Shown here: one piece after another, positions 49,019-59,400 of the stretch
Position numbering within the stretch: position 1 is the stretch's first letter
Layout of the letters: each line of letters starts with the position of its first letter
Source: an uncultured Parcubacteria group bacterium
Lineage (GTDB): Bacteria > Patescibacteriota > Patescibacteriia > UBA9934 > CAMTUG01
NCBI GenBank assembly: GCA_947084965.1
Contig: CAMTUG010000002.1
Coordinates: 79,434 to 143,433 of the forward strand
Length of the DNA: 64,000 nucleotides
Reading direction: 5' to 3'
The notes under the pieces: model-generated
What the model saw: the letters and a program-made list of their open reading frames with translations, nothing else
Database searches by the model: none
What the model was told of the DNA's origin: nothing
Made by a program: the position numbers and the translations under genes

Positions 49019-49047
49019 TTGACAAAGTCGACTTTTTGTGTTATTTT
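49019..49047 (+). promoter_or_regulatory. Sigma70-like promoter
   Basis: TTGACA-N17-TATTTT with TG extension. Confidence 0.7.
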
Positions 49048-49164
49048 CGGCCCTCTGGCAATCCCGCCAGATGTGTCGACCGGATTGGGAACGGGGTTTT
49101 CCGTTGCCCTTTTCGCTCGGCCCTTACACCGTTTGGATGCAATAGGCCAAACGCTGGAGGTCTC

Positions 49165-50394
49165 GTGTTTCTGCCCACTTGGATCCCCTGGTGGATCGGC
49201 TTTCTGCAGCCGGCTTCGAAGCTGCAGCGCATGATGGAAGCGTGTTCCATCGTCATCATGGCCGTGTTCACGGCCTGGTGCGTCATCAACAACGTGGAGC
49301 CCACGGTCACCGAGCAGGACCAGGCCCGTCGCGACGCGGACGTCATCGCCGTCCAGTACGAGGCCCGCTGCAGCATTTACACCCTCGCCGAGATGGGCTC
49401 TTGGCCGTCCAAGCCGTGGACGAAGGCCAAGAACATGTGGGGCAGCAACCCCGGGTGTGGCGCCCTCGGCCAGAACTTCCTCCACTTCTTCACCAAGGGC
49501 TACCCCGACGGTGGGGGACGTTCGCCGGCCGTCTTCTGGTGGAACAACGATCGCCCGGCGGTCGCGCTCTACCAGGAGTGGTGGAAGGAGCGTGAGCGGC
49601 ACTACGAGCGGGAATGGGACAAGAAGGAAAAGGCCGAGCTCGCCAAGGCGGACGCCGCGTTCGAAGCGGCGCTCGTGAAGGCCGACGAGAGTGAGCGGTT
49701 TCAGCTCGTGCTCATCGAGACCGCCAAGCGCACCGTCGGCTGGTGGGTCGGCGGGCTCGTCGTGATCGCCATGATCGTGGGGTGCATCTACGGGTGGCTT
49801 CGCATGATCAACCACCGCTTCATCACGCACTGCGGTGTCTGGGCTGGCGGCGACTGCCTGGCCGAGGTGGTGATCCCGCGCTACCCGTTCGGGCGGCCGA
49901 AGATCACCGGTCGCTTCGACAAGGCCTGGAGGGCGGTCGTCAACTTCCGCGGCCAGACGGTGCTCGCCGACCGCCTGGGCAACCGGGTCGTCATCGGAGA
50001 GAACGGCACCTCCACGACGATCAACATGATCCTGCACCCGAGCCTCCCCGCCTACCTGAAGGCGGTCGTCAATCAGTCCAGCACCCAGGCGGTGACCATC
50101 CGTCAGCAGGGGGAGCAGATCGCCCAGCTCGAGGCGGCGGCGCAGAAGCAGAAGCAGTGGATCGACTGGTACCGCGATGAGATCCGGGCGCGCAACCGCC
50201 TGCTCGTCCTCGCCATCGAAGGGATGCGGAAGTCGAAGGACTTCCAGCGTCTCGGCGTGGTCCAGACGATGCGCGAGCGCCTGCTCGAGCGGATGCGCGA
50301 AGAGCTCAAGGACGACAAGGAGCTCTGGGCCGCGATCGGGGAGCGCGAGGAGGAAGAGGGGCTGTCCGTCAAGCCCCCGACCGAAGACAACTAG
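49165..50394 (+). CDS. GC-rich ORFan membrane protein with C-terminal coiled coil
   Basis: GGAGG before GTG 49165 (start uncertain); two TM segments; C/G-ending codons. Confidence 0.75.
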   Translation: MFLPTWIPWWIGFLQPASKLQRMMEACSIVIMAVFTAWCVINNVEPTVTEQDQARRDADVIAVQYEARCSIYTLAEMGSWPSKPWTKAKNMWGSNPGCGALGQNFLHFFTKGYPDGGGRSPAVFWWNNDRPAVALYQEWWKERERHYEREWDKKEKAELAKADAAFEAALVKADESERFQLVLIETAKRTVGWWVGGLVVIAMIVGCIYGWLRMINHRFITHCGVWAGGDCLAEVVIPRYPFGRPKITGRFDKAWRAVVNFRGQTVLADRLGNRVVIGENGTSTTINMILHPSLPAYLKAVVNQSSTQAVTIRQQGEQIAQLEAAAQKQKQWIDWYRDEIRARNRLLVLAIEGMRKSKDFQRLGVVQTMRERLLERMREELKDDKELWAAIGEREEEEGLSVKPPTEDN

Positions 50395-50419
50395 GCGACC
50401 GTACGGGTCGCCCCTAGAC

Positions 50420-50482
50420 CGACCATCCCCAAGCAGCGATCATCCTCGTCGCTACTCCTCGGGGGTGGTCGTTTGCATTTTT
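50420..50482 (+). terminator. Conserved 3' stem-loop element, copy 3
   Basis: CGACCATCCCCAAGCAGCGAT..CTCGTCGCTACTCCTCGGGGGTGGTCGTTTGCATTTTT. Confidence 0.7.
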
Positions 50483-50484
50483 AG

Positions 50485-50610
50485 GATCGGCCGCGAAATT
50501 CGTGATCTTTCGGCTTGCGGGCCCCTGCCACCTCTTCGGCGTACGTTTTTGGTACGCCTCAGAGGATGGCATCCCGCGCGCCGAAATCTCATCGAATTTG
50601 GCGACCGATC
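50485..50610 (-). repeat. ~125-bp palindromic element, GAGGCGTAC-core family, copy 2
   Basis: Termini GATCGGCCGCGAAATTCG / CGAATTTGGCGACCGATC; minus-strand core GAGGCGTACCAAAAACGTACGCCGAAGAG. Confidence 0.75.
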
Positions 50611-50622
50611 GGCTAGGAAGTG

Positions 50623-50752
50623 AAGGTGCTTGAAAATTAAACTGTCGCAAAGTGGAAGTACACAGGGTTCATTTTGTACTAACTTTAGTAAAAACTGATG
50701 TCTGTGTACTTCCACTTTGGGGAAGTTGTATTTTTGAGGCGCTCAACCTTTA
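50623..50752. repeat. AT-rich long hairpin with perfect 18-bp inverted repeat
   Basis: CAAAGTGGAAGTACACAG (50648) / CTGTGTACTTCCACTTTG (50702). Confidence 0.7.
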
Positions 50753-50885
50753 AAGGCCATGAATTAACCACGCGGCCGGAGCCTGCGACTACTGTGAATT
50801 ATCTCTATTATAAGGGACCCTCCGTCCCTATTGACCTTTTTAAACCTAATTGATACTCTTTTCGCACTCGAAAGAGATGAAATAT

Positions 50886-51134
50886 ATGGCAGTAGATATC
50901 AAACGCAAAAAAGGGGAGAGTTTTGAAGCGATGTTGCGTCGCTTTACCCAGCGCGTGCAATCGAGCGGCACGATCCTGGAAGTAAAGAAGCGCAAGCATC
51001 ACACCAAAAAGCCGACCAAGATCAAGCTCAAGACGAGCGCCTTGGCCCGCCTCGCCGCCAAGGAGAAGCGTGATTACCTCGAAAAAGCCGGTTTGCTGGT
51101 CGAGGACAAGAAAAAGAAATTCGGTCGCCGTTAG
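50886..51134 (+). CDS. rpsU: 30S ribosomal protein S21
   Basis: KRKKGESFEAMLRRF..SG..EVK..KP; upstream of YqeY; TTGACC-N17-TACTCT promoter. Confidence 0.85.
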   Translation: MAVDIKRKKGESFEAMLRRFTQRVQSSGTILEVKKRKHHTKKPTKIKLKTSALARLAAKEKRDYLEKAGLLVEDKKKKFGRR

Positions 51135-51137
51135 AGA

Positions 51138-51168
51138 AAAAGCTCGCTGGTTTCCCAGCGAGCTTTTC
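51138..51168 (+). terminator. Intrinsic terminator after rpsU
   Basis: AAAAGCTCGCTGG-tttc-CCAGCGAGCTTTT. Confidence 0.75.
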
Positions 51169-51205
51169 GTTTGCTATAATTGCCAAGAAATAATCCACAA
51201 CTTGT

Positions 51206-51646
51206 ATGTCACTGCTATCTCGTATTGAGGAAGATGTAAAGACCGCGATGAAGGAGAAAAAGGAGGACGCACTTTCGACGTTGCGCATGATCCGCTCTGC
51301 CCTCAAGAATAAACAGATCGACTTGATGCGTGACCTGGAAGATGAGGATGTCATCACGGTTTTGCAATCGCAGATGAAGCAACTCGGGGAAGCGCTCGAT
51401 TCGGCGCTAAAAGCCGGACGCACAGAACTGGAAGAGCGCGCCAAAGCCGAGATGGAACTTCTCAAGGCGTATCTCCCGGCCGAGATGAGTGATGAAGATC
51501 TGCAAGCCGCGATCCAAGAGGTCTTGGCCGACGCCAAAGATCTCGGCAACGACATGGGCAAGGTGATGGGGCTTGTGATGCAGAAGGTCAAAGGCCGGGC
51601 CGGTGGACAACGCGTTCGTGAAAAAGTCGCGCAGATGTTAAAATAG
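51206..51646 (+). CDS. GatB/YqeY domain protein
   Basis: KTAMK..LRM, GRTEL..E..LKAYLP, DMGKVMG. Confidence 0.92.
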   Translation: MSLLSRIEEDVKTAMKEKKEDALSTLRMIRSALKNKQIDLMRDLEDEDVITVLQSQMKQLGEALDSALKAGRTELEERAKAEMELLKAYLPAEMSDEDLQAAIQEVLADAKDLGNDMGKVMGLVMQKVKGRAGGQRVREKVAQMLK

Positions 51647-51652
51647 ACAGGC

Positions 51653-53494
51653 ATGAAGTTTGTCGCATCACTTTTTGTTGCGCTGACGTTAATTGCCACA
51701 CCGATATTTGTCGCGCTCGCCCAGCAGGAAGGGCTCGATACGGTTGGTACAGCGTCAGGACTTGGGAACCAGGATCTGCTGGTGACCATTGGTCGTGTAG
51801 TTCAAGTATTCCTTGGACTTCTTGGTGTTATCTTCCTGTTGCTGACGATCTACGCCGGCTACCTTTGGATGACGTCGCAAGGGGATGAAGAGAAAGTTCA
51901 GAAGGCGATCAACATCATTAAATCGGCGACGATCGGGTTGATCATCTGTCTGGCCGCGTTCGCGATCGCTACGTGGATCGTGAATGCGCTCATCGCAGCG
52001 ACAGGGCTCGGTTCCGACACTACGGACGACAGCGCAACGCCAACCCCGTTCTCGGACGCTCTCGGAAGCGGTGGTATTGAAGATCATTATCCGCCACGCA
52101 ACGGAACGGATATCGCCCGTAATACAAAAATTATCGTCACGTTTAAAGAAGAGGTTTATATCCCTTCACTGATTGTTGATTACGATACAGGGGCGGATGC
52201 GTCAGATGTGAGCGATGACACCGCTCCAGCCGTCGCTTATTTGAACACAGATAATGTGACGATCTCCTGTGTTGATCCGACCACAGCAGAGGAGACGGAT
52301 CTTACTTCAACGGAAGTGACCGTGGCCTTTACGGAAGATTTACAAACATTCGTGTTCGATCCGCCCGTTCTCGGTTCGTCTGTTTATGAAACGACATGCA
52401 CCGTTGCTCTTGGTCCGGGTATCTTAGAAGCGGATGGAGCGAATGTCTTCACCGGTTCAAGCGCGGAAGGTTACCAATGGTCATTCACGGTTTCGACCGA
52501 GATCGATACCACTCCGCCGACGATTCGTAGCATCTACCCAACAGAAGGGGCGACAGACGCACGCAATGTCTTAGTGCAGATCGTCTTTTCCGAGGCTGTG
52601 GATCCAACAACGACATCTGGAACGTATGACCTGACAGAGGGCGGATTCACCAACATCCAGGTTCAGTCTGACGAAGACGAAACAGGCACCTACAGCCCAG
52701 TTGCCGGAACATTCGTCATTTCGAGCGGATACACGGTCGTTGAATTTACCTCCGCCGACGCTTGTGGGACGAATTCTTGTGGAGAGACGATCTATTGTTT
52801 GCCTGGGCCGAGTGCTACAGAAGCAACAGAAGAAATTCAACTTGAAATTCAGGCCGCTGACCTCGGAGATTCTCCTCCAGAGGCGGCCACACCGTATACG
52901 GGCGTCGTTGATGTGGCGGGGAATTCCCTTGATGGAAACGACGACGGCACAGCCGGGGATGATGCACGTTCAGATTTTTCTGTCACGGATGAAATCGTTT
53001 TGGCCGGACCTGAGCTGACCGATATCTCACCAAATCCTGTTGAGGAAGATGTCGACGTGGATGCAGATCTGACCTTTATTTGGGATACGATCATGCGTTC
53101 AAGCACACTGACCAACAGCAACATCAGTTTGTACGCTTACCCCGATCACGAATTGTATTACGTCGCTCGCAACAGTTCGTACGACAGTAGTGGGGTGGAA
53201 GTGACAGCAACGACCCAAACCCCGGATCACACCGTGACGGAGATGAGTCATGGGACGTTTGTCGAATCGATTGAAGATGATCCATCAACAGCGGCGGATG
53301 AATCGACCTCACAACTGTATGCTCCATTACTCCCGGACGCAGTGCAGAGCATCTATCAAAACTGTTTCTACCCAGCGGTGGGGCCAGGGGCGAGCGAGAC
53401 GACTTCGTGTGATGGTACGGCCAACAATCCGTACTGCTGCGATGGAGTAGAAGCTGACGCTCCGTTTAACGCCACGACATTCTCATGTCCTTAA
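51653..53494 (+). CDS. VirB2/TrbC-like pilin domain fused to Ig-like domains
   Basis: Signal peptide, IYAGYLWMTSQGDEEKVQKA..IGLII; repeated P..G..RN..I.F.E Ig-like units. Confidence 0.8.
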   Translation: MKFVASLFVALTLIATPIFVALAQQEGLDTVGTASGLGNQDLLVTIGRVVQVFLGLLGVIFLLLTIYAGYLWMTSQGDEEKVQKAINIIKSATIGLIICLAAFAIATWIVNALIAATGLGSDTTDDSATPTPFSDALGSGGIEDHYPPRNGTDIARNTKIIVTFKEEVYIPSLIVDYDTGADASDVSDDTAPAVAYLNTDNVTISCVDPTTAEETDLTSTEVTVAFTEDLQTFVFDPPVLGSSVYETTCTVALGPGILEADGANVFTGSSAEGYQWSFTVSTEIDTTPPTIRSIYPTEGATDARNVLVQIVFSEAVDPTTTSGTYDLTEGGFTNIQVQSDEDETGTYSPVAGTFVISSGYTVVEFTSADACGTNSCGETIYCLPGPSATEATEEIQLEIQAADLGDSPPEAATPYTGVVDVAGNSLDGNDDGTAGDDARSDFSVTDEIVLAGPELTDISPNPVEEDVDVDADLTFIWDTIMRSSTLTNSNISLYAYPDHELYYVARNSSYDSSGVEVTATTQTPDHTVTEMSHGTFVESIEDDPSTAADESTSQLYAPLLPDAVQSIYQNCFYPAVGPGASETTSCDGTANNPYCCDGVEADAPFNATTFSCP

Positions 53495-56400
53495 AACGTT
53501 TCATCCTGAGTTTCGTGATCGCCCTCGCTGCCGTGGGATTCTTTGCTCTGCCAGCCCTTGCCCAGATCGATACAGGGATTGAAGAGGGGAGTGCATTCCA
53601 ACAAGCGCTCGGGCTTGGCACGGCCGATCCTAAGATTATTGTGGCGAACGTGATCCGTGCCGCCCTCGGACTGCTCGGTGTTGTTGCGGTCTGTCTGTTC
53701 ATCTACGCCGGCTTTTTGTGGATGACGAGCGGCGGAAGCGAAGAAAAAGTTGATCGGGCGCGCAAGATGCTGATCAACGCCACGGTCGGGTTAACGATTA
53801 TTTTGGCTTCATTTGCCATTACGCAGTTTGTCCTTTCGCGTCTGCTTTCAGCCACTGGAGTCGGCGGCTCTGATATTACCGGTGGAGGAGGCACGTCTGG
53901 TGGGGCACCGGCTTCCACCGACGCGGTGTTTGTGATTGAAAGCGCTTCACCGCAAGGCGAGCAGACGATCAAAAACTTAACGGTCCGTCTGACCTTTAAC
54001 AAAGACGTTGACGGGGACACGGTGAGTGCGATCACGATTACACCAGATGGATCTTCGACGCCGGTTGAGGGGACGTATGCGGTCAACGGTGATCGTGTGA
54101 CCTTCACCCCGAGTCTCGCCTGTGAAGAAGCGCCGAGCGAAAACTGTTTTGCGGAAAATACGTTGTACACGATCGAGCTGGGTTCAGGGCTGAAGAGTGA
54201 GTCCGGCCTGACGATCTCTTGTGGTGGACTGTATGACGCCTGTGAGTACGAATTTACTTCTGGGGAGCTTGTTGATACCACAGATCCCGAAGTTGAGATC
54301 ACCTACCCGGAAGACGGCGATTCCGTTTCTGTTGATGCGTACGTTCCGCTTCAAGCGCTCGTCACGGATGATGCCGGAGTTTCTTTGGTTGAATTTTACG
54401 TGGACGGTGTGTTGGTTGATACCGATCAACCGGACGGCGACACCCCGACCGAATTTATCGCTGAAATCGAATGGGACACCGCGGCGATCGAAGAGGGCAG
54501 TGAGCATGAGATTTATGCGATCGCCTACGATGTGAACGCGCATGATGCGGATTCGGATGCGATTGAAGTGACCGTACGTGCCGCGCACTGTTTTAATGGA
54601 GAGACAGATGAAGATGAAACGGGGGAAGATTGCGGCGGCGAAGATTGTGGTTCCTGTGGCGGTGATGCGTGTGTCGAAGATAGTGATTGTCAAAGCGGAG
54701 TCTGTGAAGACGGTTCTTGCGTCGATGCCCCAGAAATTACAGGCGTTTCTCCGGCGGACGGCGCTCCGGGCACCTACGTTACGATTTCTGGAAATAATTT
54801 TGGGAGCAGCACTGGCACGGTGTTGTTTGGAGACGTTGAGGCCGAACTTGCTGACTGTAACGACCCGTGGGATACGGATCAGGTCATTGTTGTCGTTCCG
54901 GAAGGGGTGAGCGAGGGGGAACTTTATACTATTACGCTCACAACCGCAGGTGGTCATAGCGATAGTACGGATGATGACAACGGTACGTTGATTGATGATT
55001 TTGAAGTGACTTCGGTTGTCCGTCCGGGGATCTGTCAGTTGGATCCGGATTTTGGTGAGGTCACAGACCCGACAGATGTATTGGGGGTAAATTTTGGCGA
55101 TGCCCAGGACAGCGGGGCATTTTATTTCGGCACCGTAGAAGCTGGAGCGTACACGGATTGGGCCGACGAACTTCTTTCCGTGATCGTGCCAACGCTCGCA
55201 GCCGATGATTACGATGCTACGGTTTGGATTGATGGAGTGGAATCAAACACCGTCAACTACGAAGTGCAGGAAGCAGACACCGGTGCGGCACCTGTCATCA
55301 CCTCGATCGATCCAGAATCCGGACCGATCGATGAATACGTGACCATTGTCGGTGAAAACTTCGGTTCTTCTACTGGTTTGGTTTATTTCACAAATACGGA
55401 TACAGAAAGTGCTGATTTTGGGGTAGTGACGGCCGCCTCCACGGATTTCCCCGCCGTCTGTGTAGATGATATCTGGGGTGGCGAAGAAATCATCGTCAAA
55501 GTGCCAGAAGGTGTTGAGAGTACAACGTACTCGGTCAATGTCTATCGGTACGACAGCGTCGCTTCGGAAGGGATAGACTTCACGGTGACGGACGGTACGG
55601 CCGGTCCGGGGATCTGTGCGATCGATCCGGATTCTGGACCGTCCGGGTATGAAGGGGTGACGATCTCGGGTGAAGGATTTGGGGACGATGAAGGCACAGT
55701 CACGTTTGCTGACGGTCAGTCAGCGAGCGTCACTACCTGGGAAGACGGAGAAATTGTGGTCGATGTGCCGGAGGCGGCAGTGACGGGCTATGTAACGGTC
55801 ACGGATACCTCAGATGATGAATCCAACGGTACGCTTTTTGGCATCGGCGACTGTAACGAAGTTGATCTTTGTGATGCGAACACCCAGCAGTGTTGTTCTA
55901 CAGGGGTGTGTGTTGCTTCAACGGGCAGCTGTCCGGAAGAAACGGTGATTGATGCGTCGTATGCCTGGCGGTTTTCAACTGGGCCGATTCCGACGGTGCC
56001 GGGGATCGAGGTGGAATGCTCGGACGACATGATCAGTCCGACCCCTTGGGACGGACGCTCTGGTGGTGATGCGGTTTGTGTCAATGCCGCCCTTTCGGCA
56101 ACCTTCGACACGACGATGGATCAGGATAGCTTTACCTCAACGACGATCTTGTTGAATAAATGCACCGGCCCATCCGACGACCCTTGTTCATCTGTGGAAT
56201 CGGTTACTCTCGACACGATCGATACAACAAGCGTCAGCTTTACGGTCGCGCCTGCCTCGGTTCTCGACGTCTCCTCGACCTACCTGATCACATTAACGAG
56301 TGGGATCACTTCGTATAATGGAACGGCGATCGAGGAAACAGCCTGGACATTTGGGACCTCCTCGAGCGCGGAAATTTGCGATATCGAAGGGGTGAACATC

Positions 56401-59400
56401 ACCCCGAGCAGCCAAACGATCGAAGAGGAAGATGGGACGGCGAATTTCAACGCCCAAGCGGTCGCGGCGGACGAGTGTGTCATCCTTGATTCCGGCGCCT
56501 ACGCTTGGAATTGGGAGACAGACGAGACGTATGCCACGCTGACAACCGCAGCCGATGCGGATTGCACCGGCGAGCCGTCTTCTTGTCAGAGTGCGCTGGC
56601 GGTCCAAGAGGGTACGTCTTACATGTTGGTCGAAGAAAACACCCAGGGGGTGGACGATGATGCCGACCTGCTGATTAATTTTACTAATCCGTACATCGTG
56701 AGTTACGAACCTTCTTGCGGTGAAGGGGGAACGGCCTGTATCAACGCCGGGATTTACGTCACCTTTAATACGGAGATGGACGAAAGTTCTATCACGAGCC
56801 CTGGGCGGGTCGTGGTGTATCCGTGTACGGATGAAATTTGCGCTGCCTATACGGATGCCGACGGGATCGAACTTTCCATTGATCTCGATGACGATGATCC
56901 AACACAGCTCTCCATCATCCCAACCAGCTACTTCACGTCGACAACGTATTACGAAGTTATCCTGTCCGGGGACATTGCTTCTGAGAGTGGGGTGTTGATG
57001 TCGGAAACGTACGACGGTGATTTCTCCTGGACGTTTTTGACTAAAGCAGACGACACACTTTGCGCTGTTGATCGTGTTGCCTTGGATCCAGGTTCGGCGA
57101 CCGTTGATTACGTCGGGGCGACAGCGGTTTTTGAATCGCGCGCTTATGGTTTGCCAGACGCCTGTTCTTCGGAAGGTCAACAGCTTGTCGGTACGAGCTA
57201 TGACTGGGCGTGGGTGAGCGACAACACAGCTGTTGCCACACTCTACAGCGATGGTGCAGTCGAAGTGGCTACGGACGAAATTCCTGACGGGTGTACAACG
57301 TCTTGCTTACCAGAAGGGACGCAAAGCTACACCGCCATTTGCGGCGAAGACGCAGACGGTGATGGGAGCTTGCTCGATTCGGGTGAGGATTGTGATGACG
57401 GAAACGCTGAAGACGGTGATGGATGTTCTTCGCAGTGCTTGAACGAGGGGACGACGGCCTGCACTTCTGCGACCGACCCGTCCTGCTGTGGAAATGGTAC
57501 GGTCGATGCGGCTGAGGAGTGCGATGATGGCGGGAGTAGGAGTGGTGACGGTTGTTCCGCAAGCTGTCTCAATGAAGGATCACGGTCCGTTGGTTTGAGC
57601 TGCACGGACAACGTTTTGACACACTACGACACCGTCGGGACAACGACCTGGGCCGGAGGGGAAGAGTGCAATGACGAAGATGATGGCTGTTCAAGTGTAT
57701 GCTTGAACGAGGGGTCGCCGTCGAACTTGGATTTGGTCGGTGTGTGTGGTAACGGTGTCGTGGAAAGTCCGGCAGAAGAGTGCGATGGCGGGGCTCGCTG
57801 TTCCGACACCTGTCTGTTTGAAGGGAATACCACGGCCTGCAGTGCAACCGTTACCACGAATTGTTGTGGCAATAGCACGACTGAATCTTCTGCTTTTGAA
57901 TCTTGTGACGACGGAAATACCACCAGTGGCGACGGCTGCTCAAATCTTTGTCTGCTGGAGGGAAGTTCCGCACTCTATACCACCCCAAGTTTCTGCGCGG
58001 ATGCCACAGTGGGGTTGGGCGAAGCTAGTGCTTGCGAAGTATCAACCAGCGATTTAGACGGGAACGTTGAACCGATTCAGGTGGCGATCATCGCCACGAC
58101 CGCTCCGGCAGAAGTGGTTGACGGAGTGGCGACGTCCACGATTGAGGCAACGACCGAAGGGGAGACCGGCGAGGCAGCGTTTAATCTTTCCTGTTCCTGT
58201 ACGGTGGACAGTGACTGTTCCGACTCGACGACGCTCGGCTGCGGAACGGGTGGATGTTGTTACGTCCGACCAACAGTAACCGACTACACCCCTTCAACAA
58301 CGGATGCCTGTCGCAACACGTTGATCTCTTTTACCTTTGATGCCGAAATGAACATCAACACCTTTGCTGAAAATGTTTCGGTCGAACTTGAGTTGGATGC
58401 TGATGAAACCTGTCCGTATGATGGGTCGACGGCCCGCGCGAACGGGAGCTGGTTCTCGCGTCTGTGGAACACGGTCACCGATTTCTTCACCGGATTTGTT
58501 CTGCCGGCAGATGCGCAATCATCCGTTTGCGAACTTCCTTTCACCTTCAGTGTCTCTGACGATGCGGGCGGACAACGCGTATCCTTGATCTATACGGAAT
58601 TACTGGAAGCGAGTCATGATTACACCGTGACGATCACCGGTGATCCAGATCACGACGGTTCTGGTGTTCGCTCGGCCGACGGGGTCGGTATGCAAGCGGA
58701 TTACACCTTCACCGCTGAAATCGGCGAGGACGTCTGCTCATTTGATGCGGTGAGAGTTGAGGATGAAGACGAAGATTCTCCAGGGCTCTTCACAGAGACG
58801 AATGAAGAGCACAGCTATCATGCTACAGCGATCACCACGACCGGAGGTGTGGAAGAAGAACTCTCTTCAATCCCAGGGGTTTACGAATGGGATTGGACGC
58901 AAACGTGGTGGTCAACCGACACGGAGATTTTGACCGTCCCTTCGACGAGCGAAACCGATGCCGAGGGCGATGATAACGTCGTCACCGCCGTCGGAGAAAA
59001 CGGGGAAGCGGTTATTTATGCCGATGCGCTGATCACCGTCGATACGCTCTTTGGCCTGGCGGGTGAATCTGTTGCTGGATCGGTTGATGCCGTTGCTAAC
59101 TTGTGTGAAAATCCTTGGCCGGCATTGCCGACCGCCGATGAACTCGCGGCGGGCGGTACCTGGGAACCGTTTACCGATGAAGACGGCGCGGATGCGGATC
59201 CAGATGATGACGGCACAGATGAAATTGCTGAACGCGATGGCTACATGCACTTCTCGACCTATTATTGCCGTGATGATGGCGATGAAGGGGGGAGTGATGA
59301 CTTTGATTCGGCAGACGCCGTCGGTGTGACGGCTCCACCGGGTGATGTGCTCAAAGAATATCTTTTCCGTTTCAGCAACGGCGACGGTATTGGTATTCGC

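Noticed and set aside
49006-50037. Long antisense ORFs over GC-rich genes (also 48270-49025, 25038-25817, 31993-32883)
   Set aside because: Expected stop-poor shadows of C/G-ending codon usage; no expression signals.
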